IMG/VR virus record: IMGVR_UViG_3300027754_000043
Direction: 5' to 3' (one strand)
Source: a virus
Lineage: Duplodnaviria > Heunggongvirae > Uroviricota > Caudoviricetes
Length of the DNA: 64,000 bases
In this document: positions 1 through 11,490 of the stretch, in pieces
Layout of the letters: each line of letters opens with the position of its first letter
Position numbering within the stretch: position 1 is the stretch's first letter
Position numbers and translations under genes: made by a program
Notes under the pieces: generated by a model
What the model was told of the DNA's origin: nothing
Database searches by the model: none
The model's input: the letters and a program-made list of their open reading frames with translations, nothing else

Positions 1-199
1 AAAACCATAACAACTCAGTTACGATACCTTTGAAATACATTTTCTTTGTTGTGATAAGCGGAAATCCTTCACTCATCTTATGTCGGATCTGTCTACCAAA
101 TACTGATATGGTACCGGTACCTGTTCGGTCTTGTTTTGTTACTCCATTATCAATAATATCCTGAAGTAATGCTTGGTATTGTTTATCTAACGTGTTCAT
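1..199 (-). CDS. Thymidylate synthase family protein (ThyA / dNMP hydroxymethylase fold), N-terminal fragment running off the left edge
   Basis: The minus-strand translation from the ATG at 199..197 reads [66 protein letters not shown]. This matches the ThyA N-terminus, including the DRTGTGT and ELLWF motifs. It was not in the ORF track because it is shorter than 60 aa within the window. Confidence 0.7.
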   Translation of the reverse strand, partial: MNTLDKQYQALLQDIIDNGVTKQDRTGTGTISVFGRQIRHKMSEGFPLITTKKMYFKGIVTELLWF

Positions 200-632
200 T
201 GATAAGATGTTTTAAACGTTTAATCTCTGCTATCACATCATCACCTAATTCGATTTTAGACATCATGCTCAGATCTATTACTTGTGAATAAAGCAGATCA
301 ATTAACTGGTCTTTAGCATTTAGAATCGGCAATGAATCCGCAGTTCGTTCTAATATGTCATTAGCAACTGCGACTTTGTCATATGGAATTCCAATAAACT
401 CATACACTTCTTTAAGTTTTGGTTTTGCTTCTCGGTGTTCATGAGCACAATTCCAAACCCTACCTTCGCTGTCTGCGATATCTCGTTTACCAGCAACAAA
501 TTGTAACAATTCATCAGCTCCTAATATATCCACAACTACTCCGTATTGATCTTGGATCACAAAGTCTGTTCGTTTCTTAATTGCAGTTAAGCAACTGCCT
601 TCATAATTAATTAAACCTAGTTTCATATTCAT
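183..632 (-). CDS. hypothetical protein
   Basis: 149-aa ORF in the co-oriented minus-strand gene array; no recognisable motif. Confidence 0.45.
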   Translation of the reverse strand: MNMKLGLINYEGSCLTAIKKRTDFVIQDQYGVVVDILGADELLQFVAGKRDIADSEGRVWNCAHEHREAKPKLKEVYEFIGIPYDKVAVANDILERTADSLPILNAKDQLIDLLYSQVIDLSMMSKIELGDDVIAEIKRLKHLINEHVR

Positions 633-635
633 ATG

Positions 636-1124
636 TTATACTGTATGTTCGATGTTTACTCTTACGCAAGTTTGTGGTTGTCCTTCATTCATTAAGAAGT
701 TATTGATATAACCCATCATGTTAGCACTACCAATTGGATTTGCTGAATGTACCACTACTTCTGGAAACTTAATAGGATACTGTTTCTTATCGTAACGAGC
801 CATATTAACTCGTTTAGGGTTTGTATCATAGAAGTAATTGATAAGCCATTTACAACAATCAAAGCCGGTCTTCTCCTCAATGTTATCGTAATTCAATTGG
901 TAATTAGTAGATACATTTTTAAAGTACTCACTCATAGCGGTATCACCTAAGTCGTGATCCAATGAAATTAACTCAATATTAGATAATCCTAAGTCCAAAA
1001 CCTTTGCTACGAATTCTTCATAGTTTCTTACGACTGTCCATTCTTCTATACCTTCAACCCATTCATTGTTAGGACTAATCGGTGTACGGATATCGTCTAG
1101 GTATATCCTTGCTTTATTATTCAT
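636..1124 (-). CDS. hypothetical protein
   Basis: 162-aa ORF, tightly packed with its neighbours; no recognisable motif. Confidence 0.45.
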   Translation of the reverse strand: MNNKARIYLDDIRTPISPNNEWVEGIEEWTVVRNYEEFVAKVLDLGLSNIELISLDHDLGDTAMSEYFKNVSTNYQLNYDNIEEKTGFDCCKWLINYFYDTNPKRVNMARYDKKQYPIKFPEVVVHSANPIGSANMMGYINNFLMNEGQPQTCVRVNIEHTV

Positions 1125-1362
1125 AGAATTCTATATTATCTAGTTCGTATATATTATTTTTGTCAGAGATAAGACTTATCTTTTTTCTCGTTATTACAAA
1201 TTCATCAGTTTGTGTACGTGTATCTGTGCTTATTTCATATATAATTGAAACATCTGTACATAATAAATTATCTACAAACCCACCATACTTTGACTTATAC
1301 CTAAATCGTTTACCTTCATACTTTGCACGAAGAGCCGTTAAACTAATTTCATAATCTAACAT
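1117..1362 (-). CDS. hypothetical protein
   Basis: 81-aa ORF overlapping its neighbours by a few nt (translational coupling). Confidence 0.35.
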   Translation of the reverse strand: MLDYEISLTALRAKYEGKRFRYKSKYGGFVDNLLCTDVSIIYEISTDTRTQTDEFVITRKKISLISDKNNIYELDNIEFYE

Positions 1363-1619
1363 ATTATTCGGTTTGTTGAATCAGTGCCACAAGTAACTGT
1401 GTATGGACTCGTTGATGGAGTGTATGGCCATGGTGCAGCTGGTGCTGGTGTTGTGTATGGAGTTCGTTCCGTTAACAATTGTTTCCTCACAGGAGTCTGT
1501 TTGTCAAATACCAATTTCAAATGATCTTTGATAATCTGTGTTTCTCTAACACCTAATGTCTCTGGGTCGTTGATTTCCATGAAACCTTGCAACCAATATG
1601 TAAATTGTTCTGCTGTCAT
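1356..1619 (-). CDS. hypothetical protein
   Basis: 87-aa ORF; ATGA overlap with the downstream phosphoesterase gene. Confidence 0.35.
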   Translation of the reverse strand: MTAEQFTYWLQGFMEINDPETLGVRETQIIKDHLKLVFDKQTPVRKQLLTERTPYTTPAPAAPWPYTPSTSPYTVTCGTDSTNRIIC

Positions 1620-2134
1620 CTTGTTATTCCTAATTGTTCTAATGTTTTTGGTGTATAATCTATTTGTTCACATGATACATTGATATATCTAGTATCCGGT
1701 TCTAATACATCTCCTTCGATATATGATACTTCCCGCATTATGTTATGTTCGTGTATGTGTCCGTGTATATTGCGAGATACTCTGAATTCTAATTCTCTTT
1801 CATGAACTGGGCAATGCGTTAACCAAATTCCTTTATACTTAAGCATCCCGGATACTTCTTCTACATATTTTAACAGTTCCGGAATATGGCGTGGATCATC
1901 GTGATTACCTAATACGACTTTTTTACGGCCGTTCAATGCATCTAATCTATAATAATGGTCAGACGATTCCATTGTGATATCTCCTAGTATGTAAACAAGA
2001 TCTTTCTTTTTTACTACACTGTTCCAACAATCAATGATATGTTCATCATGATAAAATACATCCTGAAATCCTCTATGAGTAGCCATCCAATTGTGACCAA
2101 AATGTAAATCTGATATAAATCTTACTTGTGCCAT
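1616..2134 (-). CDS. calcineurin-like metallophosphoesterase
   Basis: Metallophosphatase motifs DLHFGH, GDIT, GNHD and GHIHE occur in canonical order. Confidence 0.75.
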   Translation of the reverse strand: MAQVRFISDLHFGHNWMATHRGFQDVFYHDEHIIDCWNSVVKKKDLVYILGDITMESSDHYYRLDALNGRKKVVLGNHDDPRHIPELLKYVEEVSGMLKYKGIWLTHCPVHERELEFRVSRNIHGHIHEHNIMREVSYIEGDVLEPDTRYINVSCEQIDYTPKTLEQLGITR

Positions 2135-2161
2135 TATTATTATTTTCTATATTATATGAAA

Positions 2162-2380
2162 TTATTCTTCAATATCCAAGATTGCATCCTGAATTGTTTC
2201 GCAGAATAAGAAATGTGTTTGTGTTCTTAAAACATGGTCCGCACCTCTCCATTTCATATACACTTGAACCATTTCCATGTTAGGTTCTTCATCCATTGTT
2301 TTTGCGAATACATGGATTGGTCGTTGATCTAAGATTATATACTTAGAATCATTGTGTTGAAATACTCGACTACCTCTCAT
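2162..2380 (-). CDS. hypothetical protein
   Basis: 72-aa ORF within the co-oriented array. Confidence 0.3.
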   Translation of the reverse strand: MRGSRVFQHNDSKYIILDQRPIHVFAKTMDEEPNMEMVQVYMKWRGADHVLRTQTHFLFCETIQDAILDIEE

Positions 2381-2699
2381 AACTTTGAAATATACAGTTA
2401 AATTCTAATGTTTCTCGTTGCGACTCATTGTACACTTTGTGGAATACTCCATATGGGATCAATACAATGTCGCCATCTTTTACTATGATAACCTCATCAT
2501 CCAATTCCATACGACCAAATCCACGTATGAAAAAGTATACTTCTTCTAAGCCTTCGTGGTTATGACCACCAGTTTGTTGCAATGGATTCAGTATTGTTTT
2601 GGATAAAGTTAAGTTGTTTAAATACTTGTTGTCTATTACTTTATATACGTGCGTGTCGCGAATTAGCTCACCACCGATATCGTCTTTATTTATCTTCAT
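2370..2699 (-). CDS. cupin-domain protein
   Basis: Cupin-like G(x)HxH...E...G...P...H pattern (GGHNHEGLEEVYFFIRG ... GDIVLIPYGVFH). Confidence 0.4.
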   Translation of the reverse strand: MKINKDDIGGELIRDTHVYKVIDNKYLNNLTLSKTILNPLQQTGGHNHEGLEEVYFFIRGFGRMELDDEVIIVKDGDIVLIPYGVFHKVYNESQRETLEFNCIFQSYER

Positions 2700-2763
2700 A
2701 ATAACCGTTTTATATGTAAAAAAACCGACGCATTACACGCCGGTTCATTTGTAATTTAAAATG

Positions 2764-4426
<1,663 letters not shown>

Positions 4427-4428
<2 letters not shown>

Positions 4429-4960
4429 ACAACGCAATTTTTTCTGAATATTTTAATAACATTTCTGTGTTTTTCCAAGCATTACAGCCGATTCTTTTGC
4501 CTTTACCCATTAATTGCATATCGTTATAAAAGTTAACATCAAAGCAATTACCAGTTTTGTCATAGTTTAGTATTGCATTCTCATAAAAGGTATTCGAATC
4601 GATTACATAGATTGCATTTGCTGTTGCATGATGAAATGATATAGTATCACATTTACCTCGTTTATTCTCACCAATGTTCTTTGCAGCTGCTGATGTTTTA
4701 CGAATTGCTAACTTTTTATGTTCATTGCGGATATCTCCAAATACATGATCATAACCATCTGCATCTACTACTTGTCCTTTGCAATTAAAATAATTTTCTA
4801 AATAAGGCAACACAACCTGCTCTGATAACTTACCAGCATTGATTGTCATTGCCTCTCCTGATTGTAAAAATAATTCTAACATCTCATCGGTAATATGATT
4901 ACTTACATATACCGGCATCGTTACTACTCTACCATTTGATTGTGGCCTGTGTGTATTCAT
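4427..4960 (-). CDS. hypothetical protein
   Basis: 177-aa ORF; no recognisable motif. Confidence 0.45.
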
Positions 4961-4963
4961 ATG

Positions 4964-7099
4964 TTACTTTGCTATTTCTAAGAATTTTGAGTTAATTGAT
5001 TTTGATATTTCTGTCATATTAACCGGATTAATAAATTGTGCATCCTGACCATACATTGTTTTAAAACATCTTCTTTCGCCATCACTGCCCCAATCATAAC
5101 CAGCTGATGAATTAATGAAATAACTAATTATACTAAATCCATATGATCTCATACCATTAACAACATTTTTAGTAAACATAACCGGATCTGCTGCTCTGTG
5201 CATACCTTGTACTGTACTAGGTGCACCATCTGAGTAATTAATAAAAATCAATTCATCTCCTTTTGCATCAGCTTGAATATCTTTTTCAATACTCTTAAAT
5301 GCAACTCCTTCTGGCGTACATCCGAATACATCCAAGTATTTAAATAAACTTTTAATCTTACTCATTTTATCGTGAGCTGAATCATATGCATACACTGTTA
5401 CACATTTTTCAATGTTACTACTTATGGTGTCAGTACCACGAAATGATATTTGTACTCTGATGCCTGTTGTCATAGATGCTGCTTGTGCAATTGCTACTGC
5501 AGATTTAATTGCTGCTAACATTTTATCTCCTGACATCGATCCAGACGCATCTATTGAAATGTGAATGAAATAGTTTTTAAATTTATCGGTTACAATTTTA
5601 TGGAATACATTTACATTGTTATAACCTAATTGAGAAATCAAACGTCTATCAATTTTACCAGTTTGCAATCTAGTTGTTTTAAGACTTCTGTCAGAGTTTC
5701 TTAATTGCAATTTAGATCCTAATTGTTTACCTAATATTATACCAGTAATCACAGCATCATGAGTTTCTTCAATTCGTTTGCTATAAGAACTATAAATCGT
5801 TTTACCTTGCATATGTTCTGATGCATAATCGTGGAATAATGATGGCATAGAACATATAACTTCACGAGTTAATTTCTTCACAACAACTGTTGTTACGTCA
5901 CCCATTGTACCCGCAGATCCATCTGGTGCTGTCGATACTATTCTAGTTTCAGTACCTGATTCTTTTAAGGCACGAACCAATGCATTTTGAGTCTTAGTTA
6001 ACTTACCTGTTTTTTTCTGCTGACCTTCTATGAAATCTTTTTGCTGATTGATTGCATCTTCTAGTTTTTTCTTTTCTTTGTCAGAAAGCATACTTGAGTT
6101 AGAATCAGAACCTTCTCCACCATCACCTCCATCAGCTGGCTGAGAATCCGTATCCATTGACATTTCGTGTGACCCATCTCCTTCTCCTTCATCGCTACCA
6201 TCAGGTGCACCTGCTCCAGAATTCTGATTGAATATATCTTGAATTTCTGATAATTGAGTTTCTAGACACGCTTCTCGTATAATTGTATATACACGAACTG
6301 CTACACGTAAAGCATCTGTCGTATTTTGTAATCTGTGTATATTTTTTAAATCAATAACATCCCATACTTTGCGTAACTGTTTAAGTGAATCCAATCTACG
6401 GTTTGGGTTGGTAAAGTTAATAACATGAAATAAATAATCATCCCATGTCTCTTGAGTCTTTTCATTTGTTACTAGAGCTTTATCAATAACTTTGTCATTG
6501 AAGTATTTGTTATACATTGCCTCATAGTACATACGGTAACCTGGCGCCGTTGTGTATATTTTATAATCGATACGACGATCCTCAACCCAATTCAATAAAG
6601 ATTTTATAGTATTTAAAGCGTCTGAAGTTAATACACTACTAACCGTGTCTGGCAATCCTTCTCTTACAATCGTAGCAAACCTAGTTCGTGTTATATCAGA
6701 GGTCGGTGAATTATTTATTTCACTATTGAATAGTTTAAAATCAGTATAAGCAATATGAGATCCTTCATGCAATGCCAATCCAACTGCCGGGTCAAAGTTT
6801 CCAGCATCTAACTTAGTACCGATTACTACAGATTTACCATCAGTGTAACTACTATCATTGCTTTGAAATATAACTGGTATTTGTTGACCTGTAACAATAT
6901 TCACAAAGTTACCAATTGCTCTTTGAGTAGCTGCTAATTTTGTAAAATCTAAATTGCTACCAACTTTAAATGCTGTATCAAAATCAGTGTCTGCCCAGAA
7001 GCTTGATGCTGATCTTGCATATTTTTGATATGCTTTGCTAGGCACATATGGTGATGATGAGTGCTTTGATGTAATTGAATTTTTTCTATTTGCTTTCAT
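4964..7099 (-). CDS. vWA-domain protein, CobT-like, partner of the adjacent AAA+ ATPase
   Basis: 711 aa. C-terminal von Willebrand A MIDAS motif (ISIDASGSMSG) plus a central Asp/Glu/Gly-rich acidic stretch, as in CobT / MoxR-associated vWA proteins. Confidence 0.65.
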   Translation of the reverse strand: MKANRKNSITSKHSSSPYVPSKAYQKYARSASSFWADTDFDTAFKVGSNLDFTKLAATQRAIGNFVNIVTGQQIPVIFQSNDSSYTDGKSVVIGTKLDAGNFDPAVGLALHEGSHIAYTDFKLFNSEINNSPTSDITRTRFATIVREGLPDTVSSVLTSDALNTIKSLLNWVEDRRIDYKIYTTAPGYRMYYEAMYNKYFNDKVIDKALVTNEKTQETWDDYLFHVINFTNPNRRLDSLKQLRKVWDVIDLKNIHRLQNTTDALRVAVRVYTIIREACLETQLSEIQDIFNQNSGAGAPDGSDEGEGDGSHEMSMDTDSQPADGGDGGEGSDSNSSMLSDKEKKKLEDAINQQKDFIEGQQKKTGKLTKTQNALVRALKESGTETRIVSTAPDGSAGTMGDVTTVVVKKLTREVICSMPSLFHDYASEHMQGKTIYSSYSKRIEETHDAVITGIILGKQLGSKLQLRNSDRSLKTTRLQTGKIDRRLISQLGYNNVNVFHKIVTDKFKNYFIHISIDASGSMSGDKMLAAIKSAVAIAQAASMTTGIRVQISFRGTDTISSNIEKCVTVYAYDSAHDKMSKIKSLFKYLDVFGCTPEGVAFKSIEKDIQADAKGDELIFINYSDGAPSTVQGMHRAADPVMFTKNVVNGMRSYGFSIISYFINSSAGYDWGSDGERRCFKTMYGQDAQFINPVNMTEISKSINSKFLEIAK

Positions 7100-7275
7100 A
7101 TCTTCTATTTTTATACTAATATAATAAGAAATTTACAAGTACAATCCAACCGATTGTTGAATTATTTTATAAAAAGAGACAGATCACGCTGAGTAACGAA
7201 TGGTGATTTTAGCCGTAACTATCTCTTTTTCCGCTATGAAATTTATTATACCATGCCTAAACCAGTACTGGTTAT

Positions 7276-8427
7276 TCAGAATGGATGTTGTGTGTCTGTT
7301 ACGACTTCTTGTTCGGTACCTACATTGAAAATGTCATTTGCTACAGTCTCTACATGTTTTTGTATAATCTGCTTAACAAATGTTCTTTCTGAGTCAGCAC
7401 CACCCGATGCATCAAAGAATGGTAAGATTGCTACTTCGGCTGCTTCAACCAATGTGAACCCATCTGCTAACAAATCACATACTCGAACTGTCATACGAGT
7501 TGAAATCATAGTGGATAATTTACCTTCTTCTGATCTCCATTCTTTTCTAGTTGCCTCAGCAATATCAGCCACTGCATGGATTTGTTGTTTGCTTAATTGA
7601 GTACCATATCTTTTAGTTAATAAAGATTCTTCTTTTTCTAAGTTTAAGATATCTACTTCGATAATCTCAAAACGATCCATCAATGCTCTATCTAATACAC
7701 GTGTTGATGTATACTCAGTACCAATATTTGCTGTTGCAATGAATGATACTCCTGATGCTACGTGAATAGTAGGTGCATTAACATCTTCGTCTAATCTCAA
7801 ATATCTCTGTCCTTCATCTAATACCGGCATCAAGATGTTCCATGCTTCTGGATGCGCTCTAGATAATTCATCTAACAAAATAACTGCGTTCTCAGTTTTA
7901 ATTGCTTTCACAAATGCAGACTCATCAAATGTTGTCTGACCATCTTTGAAATGTGTATTACCAATTAATGCTGACCTAGGATCCTGTGTAGCACCTAAGT
8001 TAAAATAGAAGAATGGACGATTAGTTGCTGCTGGCAATGCTTTTGCTGCTTGTGTCTTACCACAACCTGCAGGACCAACCATCATGATATTTTTACCTCT
8101 TACTGCAGATCTAACTAAATACTTCCATTTGATGTCAGACATCTCGAGATCATCTGGTTTGATGTTTGCGGCATTTGTAATTAAATTAAATATTGGATCT
8201 GTGCTTTGTTTCGTTTCCTGAGTAGTTTTTACTTCGGTACCATGGTCTGGTAAATCTTCAATCATTATTCTTTTTGCTTTCCTAGTCTCATAATCATACT
8301 TAAGTGCCATGTTAGTACTAACTGCTTCATTGATCATTGCAGATCTGAATAAATTAGAAATGTCATTGCCCGTCGATACCTCAATTACTCGACCATTAAC
8401 TACTACCCCAAATGTTTCGTTTTTCAT
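7276..8427 (-). CDS. MoxR/CobS-like AAA+ ATPase
   Basis: Walker A MMVGPAGCGKT, Walker B VILLDELSRA, and MoxR-type architecture of about 380 aa. Confidence 0.75.
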   Translation of the reverse strand: MKNETFGVVVNGRVIEVSTGNDISNLFRSAMINEAVSTNMALKYDYETRKAKRIMIEDLPDHGTEVKTTQETKQSTDPIFNLITNAANIKPDDLEMSDIKWKYLVRSAVRGKNIMMVGPAGCGKTQAAKALPAATNRPFFYFNLGATQDPRSALIGNTHFKDGQTTFDESAFVKAIKTENAVILLDELSRAHPEAWNILMPVLDEGQRYLRLDEDVNAPTIHVASGVSFIATANIGTEYTSTRVLDRALMDRFEIIEVDILNLEKEESLLTKRYGTQLSKQQIHAVADIAEATRKEWRSEEGKLSTMISTRMTVRVCDLLADGFTLVEAAEVAILPFFDASGGADSERTFVKQIIQKHVETVANDIFNVGTEQEVVTDTQHPF

Positions 8428-8448
8428 AACTCTTTAATTAAATTTATA

Positions 8449-8488
8449 TATTATAATAATATGAAAATATATTATAATTTCCAACCAA
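8449..8488 (-). promoter_or_regulatory. conserved ~40-bp intergenic element (copy 1), upstream of the AAA+ ATPase gene
   Basis: tatattataataatatgaaaatatattataatttccaacc is about 90% identical to the element at 32661..32700. Confidence 0.4.
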
Positions 8489-8497
8489 AATATTAAA

Positions 8498-9883
8498 TTA
8501 ATTGAACTTTTTTTGGTATGTACCGTCCTCTAATTGAATTATAATTTGTCCCGGAGTATCTAATGGCACCGGTTGTCCTAGTAGGTTATATGCACGGATA
8601 ATTAGGTTTGTTTTGATTCGGTTGTCTATAGAAATTATATCAAATATTTCATTCTTACCATTATAATCTGTTTGAGTTAATCTGTAATAATTAATGTCAT
8701 CGGCATAGTCCCAATCATATATACCATATGTATGTTCTATTGTAGAATTACCGGCTCCTCGTTCATATTTTATAACCTGCCAATCTACAGATCCATTTGC
8801 ATATACACCGCGTTCCAACGTAAAATAATCATTATCTGCCTCGGTCGCAGTTTGCCATTCTAATAAATTACCATCGATGGTGTTACGTCCTTCAAAATAC
8901 ACTAAACTAATAGGTAAGGAAACCGGATCGCCTAATGCAATTTTTATATTAGGTCTTAAACTACCTCTAACACCATCAGCAGTTGGGTATGAAGCATCCA
9001 ACACTTTATATGCAACTGTATTTGTTTTTGTTGTATAATAAAACCATGGTTCATCAAATGTATAAGCATTATTTCTATTTTCCCATTTAATAAGTAAATT
9101 ATTTGTGTTGTTCCATGGGAAAGGAGTTTGTAACACAATTTCAACCCAACCAACAGTCCAATTAATAGTACCATTGTATACTAATGTATAATTTGAAGAT
9201 ATGTAATTCGTTTGAGCATTCTCTTTTACTGTAGAAGATGGAAATGCAGATAATGTGGTGTGACCCATATAAATCTTTTGGTTTGTTGCCGTATAAGGAA
9301 TTGATGTTACTGGGTCAACTTGAAAACGAATTTTTGTGATATTACCAACAGTATTAATTTCCGATTGTAGATAAATCATATCTGTCCAACCATATTTATA
9401 ATAATGATTTGCAGGAACATTGTAATCACTGACTTCACCACCACCAATACTCACAACAGTACCACCACTACTTCCCTTTTGATATTTGATACGTGCATTT
9501 GCGTTAAGTGTATTACACGTATTGGTTGATGACCATCTAGTGAGTAACACAGAATAAGTACCAGATGTGGAACAGTACCAAGTTATTTCAGATTGTGTGT
9601 TATTATAATCATCACTCTCTGCTAATAAAGCACCACCTGTACCTGTAGAATATAATCTAAGGTAGGTATCAACCGTTGATTGTCCTACTGTTGAAAATGT
9701 ATATTCACTACCAGCAGTCGCAACAAAATTAAATGCTGGTCTATTAGTAGAAATATAGGTTGCACTATATTGTACAGTAGTAGTTGGTGTTATTGTAACA
9801 TTTGTAGTCGCAGTGTTACAATATTGTGAATACGACAAAATAGCTGTAAACGTAATTAAAATAAGTAATATTAATTTTTTCAT
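8498..9883 (-). CDS. secreted Ser/Thr/Asn-rich protein with a T9SS (Por) C-terminal sorting domain
   Basis: N-terminal signal peptide MKKLILLILITFTAILSYSQ. The C-terminus IIRAYNLLGQPVPLDTPGQIIIQLEDGTYQKKFN resembles the Bacteroidetes type IX secretion CTD. Confidence 0.55.
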   Translation of the reverse strand: MKKLILLILITFTAILSYSQYCNTATTNVTITPTTTVQYSATYISTNRPAFNFVATAGSEYTFSTVGQSTVDTYLRLYSTGTGGALLAESDDYNNTQSEITWYCSTSGTYSVLLTRWSSTNTCNTLNANARIKYQKGSSGGTVVSIGGGEVSDYNVPANHYYKYGWTDMIYLQSEINTVGNITKIRFQVDPVTSIPYTATNQKIYMGHTTLSAFPSSTVKENAQTNYISSNYTLVYNGTINWTVGWVEIVLQTPFPWNNTNNLLIKWENRNNAYTFDEPWFYYTTKTNTVAYKVLDASYPTADGVRGSLRPNIKIALGDPVSLPISLVYFEGRNTIDGNLLEWQTATEADNDYFTLERGVYANGSVDWQVIKYERGAGNSTIEHTYGIYDWDYADDINYYRLTQTDYNGKNEIFDIISIDNRIKTNLIIRAYNLLGQPVPLDTPGQIIIQLEDGTYQKKFN

Positions 9884-9895
9884 GATAATGAATTT

Positions 9896-10078
9896 TTATT
9901 GGTGATTGGAATATCCGTTAATAGCTACATGTTGTTGGAATGCTTGTTCATATGCATGAACTAAGTCTATAAATTTATTTGACGCAATTAATTTACCGGC
10001 AGTATCAATTACTTCTCTTCTAACGCCATATGCGTATGCCTCATATAAGATTGCTTCAATATCATCACACTGTGCCAT
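9896..10078 (-). CDS. hypothetical protein
   Basis: 60-aa ORF. Confidence 0.3.
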   Translation of the reverse strand: MAQCDDIEAILYEAYAYGVRREVIDTAGKLIASNKFIDLVHAYEQAFQQHVAINGYSNHQ

Positions 10079-10174
10079 ACTATCCCTTTTAATTTAAATA
10101 TAATTAATATTAGATTAATACCCAACCTTACCACTTACGACAAGACCAATATCTAGCTCCGGTTCTAGTATTCA

Positions 10175-10921
10175 TTACAACTCCCGACGTATTCCTAATT
10201 TAGGTAAATATGTTTTCCATACAGCAAGTACTTTATCTTTCTCAGCTGGAGTAAGTGTTTCGTTGTTTACCCAATGATCTAAATAATCATGTATTATTTT
10301 TTTAAATGGTGTTTTGCTTTTCTTTGCTTTAAGATACATACCATGAATCATTGCTGGTATTTCTTTTTTAAGTAAAAAATAGTTAATAGGTGGTTTAACG
10401 CCTGATTCTATTTTACTTCGCATTGATTGGTCTGATGGCAAATATTTTGATTGTTTAAGATTCCAACCAGATTGTGTTATATGTTCAATTTCGTGACGAA
10501 GTGTATCTCGCATTTGCATTGCAATTTCCTCAAGTATAGTAGGATATTCTGCTGGATCTATTTCGAAACGAACTTCTATTAAAGGCAAATCATCTGAATA
10601 TTTCTTTGTATCATTGTATGCATCACCACCATATTTAAAGTCATTGAAATCTTCTTTCCACATTACTTTCAATGTTAAATAGAATTCCAATGGAATTTGT
10701 TCATTTTCAACTTCTTCAAAAAAGATATGTGATTGTTCTTCTGATTCAATTGTAGGAGCTGTTTCTGATTTAGTATAATAAATCTTCTCTCCTGCAAAGT
10801 AGCCATCAGGATCTTTTGTGGCAGCATAACTGTCTTTAACAACTGCTAACATTCTTCTAGACAACGCAGTTATTAAACTATCGTATCGGCCTTCTATTAT
10901 AAGCATTTTTAGTGATATCAT
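10175..10921 (-). CDS. hypothetical protein with an HExxH motif (possible zinc metallopeptidase)
   Basis: HEIEH motif (LRHEIEHITQ); otherwise unrecognised. Confidence 0.35.
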   Translation of the reverse strand: MISLKMLIIEGRYDSLITALSRRMLAVVKDSYAATKDPDGYFAGEKIYYTKSETAPTIESEEQSHIFFEEVENEQIPLEFYLTLKVMWKEDFNDFKYGGDAYNDTKKYSDDLPLIEVRFEIDPAEYPTILEEIAMQMRDTLRHEIEHITQSGWNLKQSKYLPSDQSMRSKIESGVKPPINYFLLKKEIPAMIHGMYLKAKKSKTPFKKIIHDYLDHWVNNETLTPAEKDKVLAVWKTYLPKLGIRREL

Positions 10922-10934
10922 ACATTAATAAATA

Positions 10935-11489
10935 TCAGTCCATCATATTATAGTTCCAATATTGTTCTTTATCTTTATTATATGGATTACCACTTTGTTG
11001 ATAGAAACAATTTAAACATAACAATTGAATATTTTCTATGCGATGATTAGTATCGTCACCATCCATATGATCTAATAGCAATGGTACCGTATCATCGGTT
11101 ACTCTGCGTTCTGCATACCCACAGCAGTTGCATTGTTCTGGCAATATGTTTAATGCTAATAATCGATTACGAAGCTTCCATGTTGGATAATTAGGATAAT
11201 CACCTGATAATATCCTATCAATTGAATATGGACTTGAAGTTGCTTTTATAACATCTTTTGCAATACCTACGCCGGCTTGGTTTGTATGCATATCATACAG
11301 AGTTTTGCCTGTTTCCCGATCCGTGTACATTTTAGCATATTTCCTCCACGTATCAAACGATATCTTAAGAAAACGGGCAGCCTCTGCATTTGATTTAGTG
11401 TTGGCAATTGCATATCGAATATCAGATTCTGGTAAATCGAAAGACGTCCTACCTCTTCCATAAACATATTTGTATTGATGTTCACTCAT
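10935..11489 (-). CDS. HNH endonuclease
   Basis: CNCCGY...DHMDGDDTNHRIENIQLLCLNCF fits the HNH Cys/His/Asn pattern. Confidence 0.6.
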   Translation of the reverse strand: MSEHQYKYVYGRGRTSFDLPESDIRYAIANTKSNAEAARFLKISFDTWRKYAKMYTDRETGKTLYDMHTNQAGVGIAKDVIKATSSPYSIDRILSGDYPNYPTWKLRNRLLALNILPEQCNCCGYAERRVTDDTVPLLLDHMDGDDTNHRIENIQLLCLNCFYQQSGNPYNKDKEQYWNYNMMD

Positions 11490-11490
11490 A

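Noticed and set aside
7100-7275. Possible tRNA or small RNA in the 175-bp spacer between the AAA+ and vWA genes
   Set aside because: I could not fold a cloverleaf with acceptor and anticodon stems by eye. It is better explained as an imperfect terminator/attenuator hairpin flanked by A5/T5. A tRNAscan run would settle it.
7253-7600. Plus-strand 115-aa ORF overlapping the AAA+ ATPase gene
   Set aside because: Antisense shadow ORF of a well-supported MoxR/CobS-like gene, with Cys/Ser-rich nonsense composition.
11267-11485. Nested 72-aa minus-strand ORF within the HNH endonuclease gene, and similar nested ORFs at 8956..9174, 22370..22609, 28521..28799, 30139..30336, 30496..30708, 36299..36505 and 52335..52598
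   Set aside because: Alternative frames wholly inside longer ORFs that have recognisable motifs; no evidence of programmed frameshifting.
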